Shown piece by piece: positions 47,372 through 57,913 of a stretch of 64,000 nt of DNA. The notes under the pieces are model-generated. The model was not told the DNA's origin, ran no database searches, and saw only the letters and a list, made by a program, of their open reading frames with translations. The translations under genes and the position numbers were made by a program. Position 1 is the first letter of the stretch. Every line of letters begins with the position of its first letter. The DNA is from Candidatus Aenigmatarchaeota archaeon (GTDB lineage: Archaea; Aenigmatarchaeota; Aenigmatarchaeia; QMZP01; QMZT01), in contig JAZDFI010000029.1 in NCBI GenBank assembly GCA_043808015.1, positions 1 through 64,000 of the forward strand. The letters run 5' to 3'.

Positions 47372-48880
47372 ATGGATTTGGTGAAAGCGCTGGAATCGCT
47401 GAGTCCCATTGAAAGGAGCGTGCTGCCGCACATCAAAGACGGCATGGAGCTCCGTGCAATAGCAAGGGACGCTAAATTGCAGGAAATAGAAGTCATGCGC
47501 GCCATCCAGTGGCTCGAAAACAAGGGCATGATAAAAGTTTCATCTTCCGCAAAAGACGTCGTTGTCGTTGGAAGCAACGGAAAGCTTTACATGAAAACCG
47601 GCTTACCTGAAAAGCGGTTTCTGGAGGCGCTTTCAGGAAAAATGAGCATTGATGACATCAAAAAGGTGACCAAGCTCGACGACAATGAAATAAGGATATG
47701 CCTTGGTCTGCTGAAAGCCAGATACGCGATTTCCATAATTGGTAATGTAATAGAACCGACCAGCGAGTGTGAGCGCATACTAAAAGAGGGTTTTGCGGAA
47801 GAAGCATTTCTCAAAAGCCTGCCGAAAAACTTCGATGGGCTGAGCGATGACGAAAAGATGCTTTTCGCCAGGCTTGCTAAAAGAAGGGACATCGTCCTGA
47901 AAGAAACGGCGAAACTGAGATTCGTGGAACTCACTGAGCTCGGCAAAAAACTTGCTGCCGGCTCAAAAAAAATAAAGATGGACCTCATAGAGTCGCTAAC
48001 GCCGCAGATGCTCAGGGAAAAAACATGGAGCGGCAAGAAGTTCAGGAGATATGACATAAAGACAGGTGTGCCGAAAATAAACCCGGGCAAGAGGCAGCCG
48101 TACAGCGAATTCCTGCAGGACGTGCGAGAACGACTGGTGTCGCTCGGATTCGAGGAAATGCACGGGCCTGTAATAGAGACTGAATTTTTCAATTTTGATG
48201 CGCTTTACCAGCCGCAGAACCACCCGGCAAGGGACTGGAGCGCCACTTACAGAATCAGGGAACCGAAATACGGCGACCTGCCTGAAAAAAGCATAGTTGC
48301 GTCAGTCAAAAAGGCCCATGAAAGGGGTATCGGTGGCTCTAGCGGATGGGGTTATAAGTGGGACAGCAAAATCGCGGCCCGTCTGATGCCAAGGGCGCAT
48401 GATACTGCCATATCACCCAGGTTTCTTGAGAAGGGTGTCAAGATACCAGGCAAATATTTCAGCCTCGTCCGCTGTTACAGGCCGGATGTCATCGACGCGA
48501 CCCATGGCGTCGAATTCAGCCAGCTTGGCGGTTTTGTCATAGGCAATGATCTTAATTTCAGGCATCTGCTCGGCCTGCTGAAACAATTCGTATTCGAAAT
48601 AACTGGCATAGAAGACGTGCGCTTCTCGCCGGACTATTTTCCTTTCACGGAACCTTCGGTCCAGATTGCCGCAAAACACCCGAAGCTTGGCTGGATGGAG
48701 CTTGCCGGGGCTGGTATTTTCAGGCCGGAACTCACTCTGCCCATGGGTGTCAAAGAGCCGGTAATAGCGTGGGGCTTCGGCATAGACAGGCTTGCCATGA
48801 TAAAGCTCGGTATAAAGGACATACGCGACATATTTTCGAATGATATAGAATTCTTGAGGAAAGCCGGAAAGGTGTTTTGA
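47372..48880 (+). CDS. pheS: Phenylalanine--tRNA ligase alpha subunit
   Basis: FNFDALYQPQNHPARD, YFPFTEPS, GFGIDRLAM. Confidence 0.97.
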   Translation: MDLVKALESLSPIERSVLPHIKDGMELRAIARDAKLQEIEVMRAIQWLENKGMIKVSSSAKDVVVVGSNGKLYMKTGLPEKRFLEALSGKMSIDDIKKVTKLDDNEIRICLGLLKARYAISIIGNVIEPTSECERILKEGFAEEAFLKSLPKNFDGLSDDEKMLFARLAKRRDIVLKETAKLRFVELTELGKKLAAGSKKIKMDLIESLTPQMLREKTWSGKKFRRYDIKTGVPKINPGKRQPYSEFLQDVRERLVSLGFEEMHGPVIETEFFNFDALYQPQNHPARDWSATYRIREPKYGDLPEKSIVASVKKAHERGIGGSSGWGYKWDSKIAARLMPRAHDTAISPRFLEKGVKIPGKYFSLVRCYRPDVIDATHGVEFSQLGGFVIGNDLNFRHLLGLLKQFVFEITGIEDVRFSPDYFPFTEPSVQIAAKHPKLGWMELAGAGIFRPELTLPMGVKEPVIAWGFGIDRLAMIKLGIKDIRDIFSNDIEFLRKAGKVF

Positions 48881-50553
48881 TGCCAACGATAGAAATTTCG
48901 CTTAAGGACATGAGCAGGCTGGTGCGCAAGAAATTATCATTGACGGAGCTAGCGACTGCGCTGCAATACGTAAAAGGCGAAATCGAATCTTCGGACGGCG
49001 ACAGGTTGAAAATAGAGATAGCTGACAGCAACAGGCCTGACCTCTGGTCTGCCGAGGGCATAGCCAGGGAGTTGCGGTCGAGGTACGTCAATGAAAGGGG
49101 TCTCGCTAAATTCAAAACCAAAAAGTCAGGCCTCAAGGTAATAGTCGAAAAGAGCCTCAGAAACATAAGGCCGAGAACCGTCTGTGCGGTTGTCCGCGGT
49201 CTTCGCATAGATGATGAAACGCTTTTCCAGATGATTCAGCTGCAGGAAAAAATATGCGAGAATTTCGGCAGGAGAAGAAAGGAAGTGGCGCTGGGAATAT
49301 ACGACTACAGCAGGATTTCACCGCCAATTTATTTCAGGGCGTACGGCCCGGAAGATATAAAATTCGTACCGCTCGACTTCAATGTGGATATGAGCCTCAA
49401 GGCCATACTTGCAGAGCATCCGAAAGGTAAGGAATACGCGCATCTTCTCGCCGGTATGAAAAAATATCCTATCTTCATAGATTCGATGGACCACGTGCTT
49501 TCCATGCCGCCGGTCATAAACTCCGACTTCAGCGGCAAGGTCACGAAGGCGACGAAAGACGTGTTCATCGAATGCTCGGGATTCAGCATGAAATTCCTCC
49601 TGCCCGCACTCAACATAATGGTCGCGGCCCTCGCCGACAGGGGCGGGCGCGTCGAGACTGTCGATGTCGTTTTCCCGGACGGCAAAATGCAGACGCCGGA
49701 TTTCACCTCGAAAAAAATACTGGTAAATCCTGATAGAGCAAGGCATATTTCAGGTTTGCATTTAACCGATGCCGATATTGCAAAGCTTCTGATGAAAGCA
49801 AGATACGGCGTGAAAAAAGAGCGTGGCGCGCTGGCCGTTCTCGTCCCGTCATACAGGCAGGACGTGATGCACGAAGTTGATGTGATAGAAGACATGATTA
49901 TATCATACAGTTACAATAAAATAGAGCCCATCACGCCTTCCCTGGCCAGCACCGGAAAGCTGACGCCGGTTAATAATTTCGTTAAAAAAATAACCGAGCT
50001 TATGGTCGGCCTCGGCAACCAGGAAGTCCTTTCATACACTCTTACCAACAGGGAGAACATGATAAAGAAGATGAACCTCGAAGGTATGAAAATCATAGAA
50101 ATAAACAATCCGGTTTCAAAAAACTGGAGCGTTTTCAGGACATGGATAACACCTTCGCTAATCGAATTCATGTCGAACAACACCAACAAGGAATACCCCC
50201 AGCGCGTGTTCGAAATAGGCGAGGTCGTCGTTTACGACGCCAAAGCGGAAACCAGAAGCAATAATCCCGTGATGCTCGCGCTGGCCTGCGCCGGGTCTGA
50301 CGCCAACTTTACACTGGCCAGGCAGCAATTGGACTTCGTGCTGAGAACGATAGGCATTGAATACGTTGTAGAGGAAACCGAGCACTGTTCCTTCATAACA
50401 GGAAGGGTTGGAATCGTTTATGCTAAAGGCCGGGAAATCGCATGCCTGGGGGAAATACACCCCAAAGTCCTTTCTAATTTTGGCATAGAACAGCCGGTAT
50501 GCACTTTCGAAATGAACCTTAGCGAAATTCTCGCGCTGGTCGAAAAAAAATAA
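48880..50553 (+). CDS. pheT: Phenylalanine--tRNA ligase beta subunit
   Basis: NRPDLWSAEGIAR, SMPPVINS, GEIHP. Confidence 0.96.
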   Translation: MPTIEISLKDMSRLVRKKLSLTELATALQYVKGEIESSDGDRLKIEIADSNRPDLWSAEGIARELRSRYVNERGLAKFKTKKSGLKVIVEKSLRNIRPRTVCAVVRGLRIDDETLFQMIQLQEKICENFGRRRKEVALGIYDYSRISPPIYFRAYGPEDIKFVPLDFNVDMSLKAILAEHPKGKEYAHLLAGMKKYPIFIDSMDHVLSMPPVINSDFSGKVTKATKDVFIECSGFSMKFLLPALNIMVAALADRGGRVETVDVVFPDGKMQTPDFTSKKILVNPDRARHISGLHLTDADIAKLLMKARYGVKKERGALAVLVPSYRQDVMHEVDVIEDMIISYSYNKIEPITPSLASTGKLTPVNNFVKKITELMVGLGNQEVLSYTLTNRENMIKKMNLEGMKIIEINNPVSKNWSVFRTWITPSLIEFMSNNTNKEYPQRVFEIGEVVVYDAKAETRSNNPVMLALACAGSDANFTLARQQLDFVLRTIGIEYVVEETEHCSFITGRVGIVYAKGREIACLGEIHPKVLSNFGIEQPVCTFEMNLSEILALVEKK

Positions 50554-51318
50554 TCATCTGCCATGAAGCCAGTTGAAAAGCCTGTAGCTTAACTGTATTT
50601 TCGGTGTGTAAGTTTCTCCGATGAGGCTGGCCGCTATGGCCCTTATGTGCTGCGCGGCTGGGGAACGCGGATTGTAAACGACAACCGGCTCTTTCATGGC
50701 AATCGCCTTTCGCACTTCTCTGTCCTCCGGCACTGTACCTATTATGGGAAGGCCTATCATCCTCTCTATGTGTTCTGCCGGGAGCTCGTGCGTTTCGTTT
50801 TTCACCCTGTTGAGAATTATGCCGAGGTTGTGTGTTGAACACTTGTTTGACATCATGGTAAGCTTGAAGGCGTCCGTGACTGCCGGGAGCTCCGGATTTG
50901 TAACTGTCAATAGCTCGTCGGCCGCTTCCATGGCCGCCACGGATTCCTTGCCCAGTCCGGCTGGCGTGTCGATGAGTATGAAATCATGGCCTTCGAGCAG
51001 CTTGTAAAGCACATCGATATAATGATGGGATTTTATATTCTTTGTTTTTCTCATGGATATGTCCGCAGGTATGACCTTGAAGCCGGTTTTATGTGTGTAA
51101 AGAACGTCGCTGACCTTTGCCCTGCCTTCAAAAACGTCATGTATTGTTTTGGGGTACAAATGCATGCCGAGATGCAGTGCCAGATTCGACGTCGTCAGGT
51201 TGGCGTCGATGGCCACTACCGATTTGCCATATTGTGCCAAAGCCGCGGCGAGATTCGCGACGAGCGTCGTTTTGCCCACCCCGCCTTTACCAGAAGAAAT
51301 TGCTATTATGCGTGTCAT
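50554..51318 (-). CDS. minD: MinD/ParA family ATPase (archaeal MinD)
   Basis: SGKGGVGKTT deviant Walker A, IDTPAG, VTNPE. Confidence 0.9.
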   Translation of the reverse strand: MTRIIAISSGKGGVGKTTLVANLAAALAQYGKSVVAIDANLTTSNLALHLGMHLYPKTIHDVFEGRAKVSDVLYTHKTGFKVIPADISMRKTKNIKSHHYIDVLYKLLEGHDFILIDTPAGLGKESVAAMEAADELLTVTNPELPAVTDAFKLTMMSNKCSTHNLGIILNRVKNETHELPAEHIERMIGLPIIGTVPEDREVRKAIAMKEPVVVYNPRSPAAQHIRAIAASLIGETYTPKIQLSYRLFNWLHGR

Positions 51319-51371
51319 GCTATAGTCTTGTCTTCAAAAAGTTATAAAACTATCCTGTCAGAAACGCGGAG

Positions 51372-51478
51372 CGGACCTGGGGGGATTTTCGCTTAAGCCT
51401 TTTAGTTAAAAGACTTGTTTCGAACCCCCGACCTTTAGCTTAGGAGGCTACTGCTCTATCCAACTGAGCTACAGGCCC
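51372..51478 (-). tRNA. trnR-CCU: tRNA-Arg(CCT) with 33-nt non-canonical intron at position 59/60 (intron 51386-51418)
   Basis: Minus strand GGGCCTG...anticodon loop CTCCTAA...GGGGGTTCGAA[intron]TCCCCCCAGGTCCG; BHB with TTCG/CGAA central helix; CCA not encoded. Confidence 0.92.
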
Positions 51479-51498
51479 GTCGCTAGCGCTGTTTAATG

Positions 51499-53043
51499 TT
51501 ATAGTTTGAACAGGTTTTTAAAGAAGTTTATCACGCCATCGAGCGCCGAAGAGAACCAGTCATCATTCGTTTTCGAGATTATTTTTCCGGTGGGTATGTT
51601 TATTGATTCATCATTTTGTGCGTCGTTTTTTGAGCCATTTTTATCCAGAACATTTTTTGTATTCCCGTCATCCTTTGCCTGTCCCGTGTTATTAAGAAAA
51701 TAATTTTTCAGTGCGACGCCGTCATTGTTTGTATTTCTTGCGTTCGTTACGCCGGTTGCATTGCACGTTGTCTTGTTTTCACACTTGCAAGCCTGACACG
51801 GCGGGCAGGAGCATGGCTTGGATGTTTCGATTGTTTTTGTTTTGCATAAAGAAGTTGCTTGGCCTTCTATTTTCAGTTCGCCATAATCCCGCGAATCGAG
51901 GCCTTCGGTCCTGACCGCATAGCTTCCGTTCGCATAATTGCCGTCGCAGTTGGGGTTTATTTGCAGCGGGATTGTAATTGTCTGGTTGGAAAATTTTTCA
52001 TAAACGTTAAGGTTCGCCTTTGCTATTTTTGTTCCGGCTGCATTTTCTATCCAGACATCTATTGAACTCTTTGTCGTGTCGCCTTTGTAAACATTGACAA
52101 CGACATCAACCATGTCGCCGAACTTCGCTTTTTTGTCGGAGCCTACGTCGATTTCCAGTATTTTTATTGATGATTCTTTTACCGGTGGTTCGCCGCCGAC
52201 CACGACGATTTTGTCCGCATGGTTGTTGGAAGCGCCGGTGTCGTTGCATCCGAAAACATAAAGATGCGCCATGATGCGATACGCTTCAGTCCCCTTTGTC
52301 GCTGGTGGTGTCCACTCCCTGGAGATGTTTTCATTGCATTCCATGGCCGCAGACGAATTGTGTTTTGCTTTGATGGCCGCGCCGAACAAATCCTCTATCC
52401 AGTATTCTACGACAACGTCTTTTTTCATACACGACGCGTCTTTTAAAACCAAAAAATAGTTCTGTTTTTCACCTGAATTAAAAAATTGCTCTGATGCTAT
52501 TGCGATTGATATGTCGCACGCATCCGCAACGGTCTCGTTGGTCTGGTTGTACGGTTCGCCCGCGCACGCGTTTTCGCGGCCGGGGGTCGATACATTCTGC
52601 TGGACTAATGCATCCGCGCAAATACCATAAGAAACATTCGCATCAGACCCCGAGTATATGATACTCTGGAGAGCGACTGAATTTTTGTACAGGGTGATGT
52701 TGCTCCCGGTGTTAGTCAGCCTCAGCGACTTGCCCTCCAGCAGTTTAACGCCTTCTGTATTCCACATCTCGCCAAATACGCTGGCGTTTCTTGTGATTAA
52801 CAAATATTCTCCGGCTGAAAGCGAACTGTTGATTATCGTCTGGTATTTTCCAGTCTCCAGCAAGAGGCTCTCCGCTTCGACTGGCTCGCTTATAAAAATT
52901 TCCAGCCATTCGGAGCAGTCGGAGCAGTTATCGGCCGGGTCTGGCATGAATTCGCTCACGAAAATCGCCTGTGAACTTCCTGCTAAAATCAGAAACAACA
53001 ACGACATTATCGATAAAATAAGCAGTTCAGAACCATGCTTCAT
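51499..53043 (-). CDS. Secreted lamin-tail-domain (LTD) protein
   Basis: Signal peptide; IFVSEFMPDP...SEWLEI...LTNTG...STPGREN LTD signature; Ig-like and Cys-rich C-terminal part. Confidence 0.78.
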   Translation of the reverse strand: MKHGSELLILSIMSLLFLILAGSSQAIFVSEFMPDPADNCSDCSEWLEIFISEPVEAESLLLETGKYQTIINSSLSAGEYLLITRNASVFGEMWNTEGVKLLEGKSLRLTNTGSNITLYKNSVALQSIIYSGSDANVSYGICADALVQQNVSTPGRENACAGEPYNQTNETVADACDISIAIASEQFFNSGEKQNYFLVLKDASCMKKDVVVEYWIEDLFGAAIKAKHNSSAAMECNENISREWTPPATKGTEAYRIMAHLYVFGCNDTGASNNHADKIVVVGGEPPVKESSIKILEIDVGSDKKAKFGDMVDVVVNVYKGDTTKSSIDVWIENAAGTKIAKANLNVYEKFSNQTITIPLQINPNCDGNYANGSYAVRTEGLDSRDYGELKIEGQATSLCKTKTIETSKPCSCPPCQACKCENKTTCNATGVTNARNTNNDGVALKNYFLNNTGQAKDDGNTKNVLDKNGSKNDAQNDESINIPTGKIISKTNDDWFSSALDGVINFFKNLFKL

Positions 53044-53075
53044 GAAATGATTGTGAAATATATGTTAAAATAGTT

Positions 53076-53099
53076 ATGTTTAAACATATGTTTAAACAT
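53076..53099. repeat. Tandem 12-bp palindrome (ATGTTTAAACAT)x2
   Basis: Read directly; the whole 24-mer is self-complementary; upstream of the LTD gene. Confidence 0.8.
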
Positions 53100-53110
53100 T
53101 TTTCAGGTTT

Positions 53111-53650
53111 TCACACACAGTCGGAACAAATCCATCTGCCGTTCGTGTTTCTAAGTTCCTCGGAAAATTCACTGCACTTCTCGCAAATGCCGGATATTAT
53201 TTCGTTGGGGCGCGCGACTATTTCTGCCCTGGCTTTCAGCCTCTCCGAAAGGATTTCAACAAGCTCAGGCGAGACAGTTATTATTTCCCTTGTCGAAACT
53301 ATGCCTTTCAGCTCGCCGTTCTCCACTACCGGGAATCTTTTGTAGCCGGTCTTGAGCATTTTTTTGGCGACCTTCATCATGCTCTCGTCCGAAGAAATGG
53401 TGATGAAAGGTCTTTTCATGCTGGCCCAGTAATCCCCCGCCTTGACTTTCTTGAGGTCCTTCTCCTTTGCGACCAGCGTAACGATATCGTTCGTTGTTAT
53501 GAGGCCGATGGGTTTGTTTTCGCTGATTATGACCACGCAGCCGATCTTGTTGTTCGTAAGGATTTTGGCTATGGTCGACATGTTCATTTTAGGGTCAATG
53601 GTGACCACGTGCTTCTTCATCACGTCTCTTACTCTTATCATCGAAAACAC
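53111..53650 (-). CDS. CBS-pair protein with C-terminal Zn-ribbon
   Basis: Two CBS motifs; GICEKC...WICSDC. Confidence 0.87.
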   Translation of the reverse strand: MFSMIRVRDVMKKHVVTIDPKMNMSTIAKILTNNKIGCVVIISENKPIGLITTNDIVTLVAKEKDLKKVKAGDYWASMKRPFITISSDESMMKVAKKMLKTGYKRFPVVENGELKGIVSTREIITVSPELVEILSERLKARAEIVARPNEIISGICEKCSEFSEELRNTNGRWICSDCV

Positions 53651-53716
53651 CCCGATTATATTCGTCGAACAGACTTTTTAAGCGTGTTTTATGGCATCGT
53701 AGCTGGCGCGATTCAG

Positions 53717-56452
53717 CTACTTTTTGGCTTTTTCCCTTATCTTCGCCTGTGCAGCTGACAATCTTGCTACCGGAACCCTGAAAGGCGAGCAGGATACGTA
53801 GTCCATACCTATTTTATGACAGAATTCTATAGTCCTTGGGTCGCCGCCATGCTCACCACATATGCCGATTTCCAGGTTTTTCTTTGTTTTCCTGCCGCGC
53901 TCTATGCCTATCTTCATGATGTCGCCAATACCCTGCTGGTCGATTGTCTGGAACGGGTCTTCAGGTAGTATGCCTTTCTTCAGATAGTCCTGCAAAAAGC
54001 TGCCTATGTCGTCGCGGGAGAATCCGAAGCCCATCTGCGTCATGTCATTCGTTCCGTAGGAGAAGAACTGCGCGATCTCGGCAAGCTTGTCCGCGACGAA
54101 AGCGGCTCTGGGTATTTCTATCATCGTGCCGAACATGTACCTTATCCGTTTCAGCTTGTATTTGGCAAGCACATTTTTGTAAACCCTCTCCGCAATTTCG
54201 AGCTGGTTCTTTAGTTCCTTTGGTTCAGAAACGACTGCTATCATTATCTCCGGGTATGGTTTCTTGCCTTCTATTATCAGCTCTGCGGCCGCCTCAAAAA
54301 TGGCGCGTATCTGCATCTCGGAAATCTCAGGGTATGTTATGCCCAGGCGCACGCCACGATGGCCCATCATGGGATTCGACTCGTGCAGATCGTCTGCGCG
54401 TGCTTTCAGCTCTTCCACGGTTATGCCAAGATTGCTGGCCAGGTGCTGCAGTTTTTCGCTGTCTTTTGGCACGAACTCGTGCAGCGGCGGATCAAGAAGA
54501 CGTATGACGACGGGTAGATTATCCATCGCCAGAAGCGTTTCCTTTATGTCTTTTTTGACATATGGGTAAAGCTCGTCCAGCGCCTTTCTCCTCTCGCTCT
54601 CTGTTTTCGAAACTATCATTTTGCGCAGCCTGAAAAGCGGCTCTTCGGAATTCTTGCCGTAGAACATGTGCTCGGTCCTGAAAAGTCCGATGCCTTCTGC
54701 GCCGAACTGCCTTGCCTTTGCAGCGTCTTCCGGCGTATCTGCGTTCGTGCGGATGCCGAGCTTTCTCACCGAATCGCAAAGCCTGAGGAAATCGTTGAAT
54801 ATTTTATTTTCCTTCAAGGCATCCATCATGGGCAGTCGTCCTTCGTACACGTTGCCTTTCGTGCCGTTGAGCGTCAGCCAGTCGCCTTCCTTGATGACTA
54901 TGCCTTCCGCATGAATCTCTTTTTTGGCTGCGTCGACATGCAAAGCCCCTGCTCCGACGATGCAGCATTTGCCCCAGCCTCTCGCCACGAGCGCCGCATG
55001 GGATGTCATGCCGCCGCGGGCGGTTAGAATCGCCTGCGCTGCGCGCATTCCTTCGACATCTTCTGGATTCGTCTCCTCGCGGACGAGGATGACGCACTTG
55101 CCCTGCCTGGCCCATTCCACCGCGTCTTTCGCTGTGAAAACTATCTGTCCTGAAGCGCCACCGGGCCCGGCAGGAAGGCCTTTGGCGATGATTTTGCATT
55201 TCGCTTCCACCTTGGTGTCGACTACAGGATGAAGCAGCTCATCGAGCTGCGACGGCGTCACCCGCATGATGGCTTCCTCTTTTGTGATGAGTTTTTCTTT
55301 TAGCATATCCATTGCCATGCGCACAGCGGCCGGGCCGTTCCTCTTGCCGATGCGGCACTGCAACATGTAAAGTTTGTCGCGCTCTATCGTGAATTCGATG
55401 TCCTGCATGTCGCGATAGTGATTCTCGAGTTTTTTCTGATACGTGAAAAGCTCCTTGTAAAGATGCGGCATGGTTTTTTCCAGCGTGACGAGCGATTTGT
55501 TGTGCTCCGATGTGGAATATACATTTATCGGGGCCGGCGTGCGGATGCCGGCAACGACGTCCTCGCCCTGCGCATTTATCAGGTATTCTCCGTAAAAATC
55601 GTTTTCACCGTTGCCTGGATTTCGCGTGAATGCCACTCCAGTTGCCGAATCGTTGCCCATGTTGCCGAAGACCATGGACTGCACGTTGACTGCTGTTCCC
55701 CATTCGTCAGGTATCCCTTCTATGCGTCGGTAACTGACGGCGCGCTTGCCGTTCCATGACGAGAAGACCGCACTTATCCCGCCCCACAACTGTTCGTCCG
55801 GGTCGTCCGGGAAATTCTTGCCGAGAACGTCCTTGACCCTGGTCTTGAAAAGCCAGCAGAGCTTCTTCAGGTCCTCCACAGTAAGGTCTGTGTCGCTTTT
55901 GTATCCATTTTCCTTTTTAACCTTGTCCATTATCTTTTCGAACTGTTTGCGTATGCCTTCATCGTCTTTTGGCTCGATACCAGCGGCCTTCTCCATCACG
56001 ACATCCGAGTACATCATGATAAGGCGCCTGTATGCGTCATAAACGAAGCGCTCGTTGCCGCCGCTCTGCTTGATCATGCCGGATATGGTTTTTGTGGTAA
56101 GGCCGACGTTAAGGACGGTCTCCATCATGCCAGGCATCGACTTGCGCGCGCCCGAACGAACTGAAACCAGCAGCGGGTTTGCCGGGTCGCCGAATTTCCT
56201 GTGCATGAGCGCCTCGATTTTTTTCATTGCCTTGCTGACTTCGCCCTTAAGCTCCTTGGGATATTTCCTGCCGTTCTTGTAATAATGTGTGCATACTTCT
56301 GTAGTAATCGTGAAGCCCGGAGGGACCGGAAGCCGCAAAGCGGGATGACCAGCCATCTCTGCGAGGTTCGCCCCTTTGCCGCCCAGCAGTTCCTTCATCG
56401 TCTCGTTGCCGTCAGCCTTTCCTCCGCCGAAAAAATAAACATTTTTTTTCAT
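53717..56452 (-). CDS. ppdK: Pyruvate, phosphate dikinase
   Basis: LLGGKGANLAEM, GGMTSHAA phospho-His, GLFRTEHMF, GICGEHGG. Confidence 0.97.
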   Translation of the reverse strand: MKKNVYFFGGGKADGNETMKELLGGKGANLAEMAGHPALRLPVPPGFTITTEVCTHYYKNGRKYPKELKGEVSKAMKKIEALMHRKFGDPANPLLVSVRSGARKSMPGMMETVLNVGLTTKTISGMIKQSGGNERFVYDAYRRLIMMYSDVVMEKAAGIEPKDDEGIRKQFEKIMDKVKKENGYKSDTDLTVEDLKKLCWLFKTRVKDVLGKNFPDDPDEQLWGGISAVFSSWNGKRAVSYRRIEGIPDEWGTAVNVQSMVFGNMGNDSATGVAFTRNPGNGENDFYGEYLINAQGEDVVAGIRTPAPINVYSTSEHNKSLVTLEKTMPHLYKELFTYQKKLENHYRDMQDIEFTIERDKLYMLQCRIGKRNGPAAVRMAMDMLKEKLITKEEAIMRVTPSQLDELLHPVVDTKVEAKCKIIAKGLPAGPGGASGQIVFTAKDAVEWARQGKCVILVREETNPEDVEGMRAAQAILTARGGMTSHAALVARGWGKCCIVGAGALHVDAAKKEIHAEGIVIKEGDWLTLNGTKGNVYEGRLPMMDALKENKIFNDFLRLCDSVRKLGIRTNADTPEDAAKARQFGAEGIGLFRTEHMFYGKNSEEPLFRLRKMIVSKTESERRKALDELYPYVKKDIKETLLAMDNLPVVIRLLDPPLHEFVPKDSEKLQHLASNLGITVEELKARADDLHESNPMMGHRGVRLGITYPEISEMQIRAIFEAAAELIIEGKKPYPEIMIAVVSEPKELKNQLEIAERVYKNVLAKYKLKRIRYMFGTMIEIPRAAFVADKLAEIAQFFSYGTNDMTQMGFGFSRDDIGSFLQDYLKKGILPEDPFQTIDQQGIGDIMKIGIERGRKTKKNLEIGICGEHGGDPRTIEFCHKIGMDYVSCSPFRVPVARLSAAQAKIREKAKK

Positions 56453-56532
56453 ATTATCACCCTCAAACTAGATTAAACCTTTTGGTCTTTTTAATTTAAA
56501 AATATATATTAGACCCGGCCCAACGTATATAT

Positions 56533-57015
56533 ATGGGCAAGAAAGGCATATCGCCAGTTATAGCCAGCGTCCTTCTCATAGGCATAACTGTCGCGGTTGG
56601 TGTGATGCTTTCTTCATGGATAACGCACTGGATAAGCAACAAGACGCAGGACATAAGCAGTGCCTGCGCCACGAGCACCAACTATAAGATAGATTCAATC
56701 ATCTATTCATCAGCCACAAAGAACATGACCATAATGCTGACGAACATGGGAAGCGTCGAACTTTACGGCTTCAGCGTCCAGATTCTGAACGGGACCGAGG
56801 TTATAGTTTATAACTACACTGATACTAAATTTAAAATAAGTCCCAACATAACGCAATCGAATCCGTTGAAACAGCAGAGATCTGCAATAATAATAGTTTC
56901 GCTCGACGCAAGCGGATACGAAGCCGGCCTCGGCGAGACAGCCGATATGGTAAAGGTTCTCAACAGCGCCTGCCCGGCGTTTTCGCTTGAAACGAGAACC
57001 GTGACAAGGGAGTGA
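56533..57015 (+). CDS. Archaeal type IV pilin
   Basis: KKG/ISPVIASVLLIGITVAVG class III signal. Confidence 0.88.
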   Translation: MGKKGISPVIASVLLIGITVAVGVMLSSWITHWISNKTQDISSACATSTNYKIDSIIYSSATKNMTIMLTNMGSVELYGFSVQILNGTEVIVYNYTDTKFKISPNITQSNPLKQQRSAIIIVSLDASGYEAGLGETADMVKVLNSACPAFSLETRTVTRE

Positions 57016-57020
57016 TGTGC

Positions 57021-57458
57021 ATGATGAGAAAAGGTATATCCCCATTGATAGCGACCATAATGTTAATAGCTTTTACTATGGTTGTTGCAGGCATAATCGC
57101 CGGCTGGGCGACGCAGTTTGTGACGCAGAGCCGTTCGGAGCTGCAGTTCTGCTCCAAAGCCCAGATGCTGATACAGAGGGCATATTACGACAACGTGTCA
57201 AAAACGCTCACTCTTGCACTTTTTAACACGGGTGACGTTCCTCTCGATGGTTTCTCCGTAAGGATTACATATAACAACGAGACCATAACATCCGAGAAGT
57301 TCGAGGATCTTAACATATCATATCAGGAAATAAAGACTGCGGTCGTGCTTACTGACGATACGCTCAAACAGATAGCGGTCCAGTCCCTGCAATGCAGGGG
57401 TGCGCAGGATATGATAAACAGGTATGACGTCCAGGGCATAGGCTTCAAGTCGTTCTAG
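57021..57458 (+). CDS. Archaeal type IV pilin
   Basis: RKG/ISPLIATIMLIAFTM class III signal. Confidence 0.88.
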   Translation: MMRKGISPLIATIMLIAFTMVVAGIIAGWATQFVTQSRSELQFCSKAQMLIQRAYYDNVSKTLTLALFNTGDVPLDGFSVRITYNNETITSEKFEDLNISYQEIKTAVVLTDDTLKQIAVQSLQCRGAQDMINRYDVQGIGFKSF

Positions 57459-57498
57459 CGCTCTTGCGCCCTTTTATTTACCTTTCACAATTCTTTTT

Positions 57499-57909
57499 AT
57501 GAAATTCCAGTTTATCAAGGACATGACTTCGGATGTCGTGTTCGAGGCATTTGGAAAGGATAAGAAAGAGCTTTTCGAAAACGCAGGATTTGCCCTGATG
57601 AGCGTCATATGCCAGGTGGATAAAATAGCGCCGCTGCTTTCCAAAGAAGTCGAAGTCTCGGGTGAGAACGAAAAAGACCTGCTGTTCAACTGGCTGCAGA
57701 AGCTCATAGAGATGGTTGACATCGAAAACATTTTCTTCTCCAAATTCGAGATCAAAAAAATCAGCGGCAAACACATGATTGTCAAGTGCTTCGGCGAAGG
57801 CTCCGACCCCGGCAGGGGCGGCACGCTCGTCAAAGCGGTGACTTATTACAAGTTCAACATTGAAAAGACGAAAGACGGTCTCAAAGCGACTGTCAGCCTG
57901 GATATATGA
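57499..57909 (+). CDS. Archease
   Basis: TSDVVFEAFG...LFENAG; VKAVTY; C-terminal LDI. Confidence 0.92.
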   Translation: MKFQFIKDMTSDVVFEAFGKDKKELFENAGFALMSVICQVDKIAPLLSKEVEVSGENEKDLLFNWLQKLIEMVDIENIFFSKFEIKKISGKHMIVKCFGEGSDPGRGGTLVKAVTYYKFNIEKTKDGLKATVSLDI

Positions 57910-57913
57910 GTGC

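Noticed and set aside
51320-53100. Possible integrated element at tRNA-Arg
   Set aside because: No integrase and no duplicated tRNA end (att site) seen; flanking genes look chromosomal.
53076-53345. 89-aa ORF starting MFKHMFKH
   Set aside because: Artefact of the tandem palindrome; antisense to the CBS gene.
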